Positions 62,975 through 64,000 of a DNA stretch of 64,000 nucleotides are shown here, piece after piece; within the stretch, counting starts at the first letter, position 1; every line of letters begins with the position of its first letter. The position numbers were made by a program, and so were the translations under genes. Source of the DNA: Octopus sinensis (taxonomy: Eukaryota); the NCBI RefSeq assembly GCF_006345805.1, contig NC_042999.1, positions 22,630,001 through 22,694,000 of the forward strand, in the 5' to 3' direction. The notes beneath the pieces are model-generated. The model was not told where the DNA came from and searched no databases. It saw only the letters and a program-made list of their open reading frames with translations.

Positions 62975-63375
62975 CAGTAGTTTTATTTTTATTTTTATAG
63001 CGTGCTTTCACTTCACTACCGAGCGCAGCTCTGTGTGCCTTGGGTATGTGCTGTGATTTGTTGTGATGCTCTGATGGTTATTGTATGGAAAGTGTTCTGC
63101 GTAGGATGTGTGCAGTGTCTAGTAGTGCAATTTTCTGTATGTTATATGTGTTTGTAAGTCCTGGTGTTTTTGTTATGTATTTGTCTGAATATTTTTTTAT
63201 CATGCCTAATGCACCTACTATGATAGGAATTGTTTCTGTTTTCAGGTTCCACATTCTGGTTACCTCTATTTCCAGGTTTTTGTATTTTGAGAGTTTCTCC
63301 ATTTCTTTTAGAGACACGTTGTCATCTGCCGGTATTGATACATCAATTAGAAAGCATTTTTTTCTTCGTGATCTC
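62975..63375 (-). mobile_element. R4/Dong-clade LINE 3' end within (TAA)n
   Basis: KKCFLIDVSIPADDNVSLKEMEKLSKY..EIEVTRMW...IPIIVGALG..QKIALLDTAHILRR, then 3' UTR and (AAT)n. Confidence 0.88.
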
Positions 63376-63393
63376 TTATTATTATTATTATCA

Positions 63394-63429
<36 letters not shown>

Positions 63430-63515
63430 TATTATTATTATTATTATTATTGTATTATTATTATATTATTATTATTATTATATTATTATTATTATTATTA
63501 TTGTTATTATTATTA

Positions 63516-63546
<31 letters not shown>

Positions 63547-63621
63547 CATTATTATTATTGTTTTTATTATTATTATTTTATTATTATATTATTATTAATA
63601 TTATTATTATTATTATTATTA

Positions 63622-64000
63622 AGGCGGCGAGCGGACAGAATCGTTAGCACGCCGGTCGAAATGCTCAGCGGTATTTCGTCTGCTGTTACGTTCTGAGTTC
63701 AAATTCTGCCGAGGTCGACTTTGCCTTTCATCCTTTCGGGGTCGATTAAATAAGTACCAGTTACGCACTGGGGTCGATATAATCGACTTAATCCGTTTGT
63801 CTGTCCTTGTTTGTCCTACCCATGTGGGTAGTAAAGAAATAGGTATTTCGTTTGCTGCTACCTTCTGAGTTCAATCTCCGCCGATGTCGATATTGCCTTT
63901 CATCCTTTCGGGATCGACAAATTATGTACCAGTTGAACACTGGAATCGATGTAATCGATTATCCCGCTCCCCCAAAATTTCAGGCCTTGTGGCTTTAGTA
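63622..64000 (+). mobile_element. SINE family B dimer after (TTA)n
   Basis: Head GGCGGCGAGC..GAATCGTTAGCACGCC, two cores. Confidence 0.88.

Noticed and set aside
63085-63696. 203-aa plus-strand ORF
   Set aside because: Antisense of the R4/Dong fragment plus (TTA)n repeat.

Overview
AT-rich, microsatellite-dense animal genomic DNA. The repeat repertoire suggests a coleoid cephalopod, probably Octopus (inference, not verified). One host gene is well supported: a two-coding-exon dienelactone hydrolase (DLH)-family alpha/beta hydrolase, join(26743..27060,28522..28887), + strand, 227 aa. Most of the rest is mobile DNA: a near-complete RTE LINE with a PHD-type finger inside its RT region (about 1.8-5.5 kb), relics of RTE, CR1, Tx1 and R4/Dong LINEs, three tRNA-headed SINE families (one in head-to-tail arrays), Helitron-like and Tc1/pogo-like non-autonomous elements, and a solo LTR with an ATAT target duplication. 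Best leads: (1) about nine minimal, Penelope-type hammerhead-ribozyme-like motifs, several inside fold-back DNA, including a repeated A6U core variant; (2) a ~34 x 43-bp CpG-rich array running into a CCAAT/AP-1/TATA promoter, a 53-codon signal-peptide-like ORF and AATAAA (36.2-38.2 kb); (3) a 429-bp TG...CA insert with symmetric NRF1/ETS sites that splits an old RTE relic 3.1-3.5 kb upstream of the DLH ATG and may be its recruited promoter; (4) a ~554-bp (TAA)n-embedded repeat next to R4/Dong relics. All alignments and folds were made by eye, and repeat boundaries are approximate.
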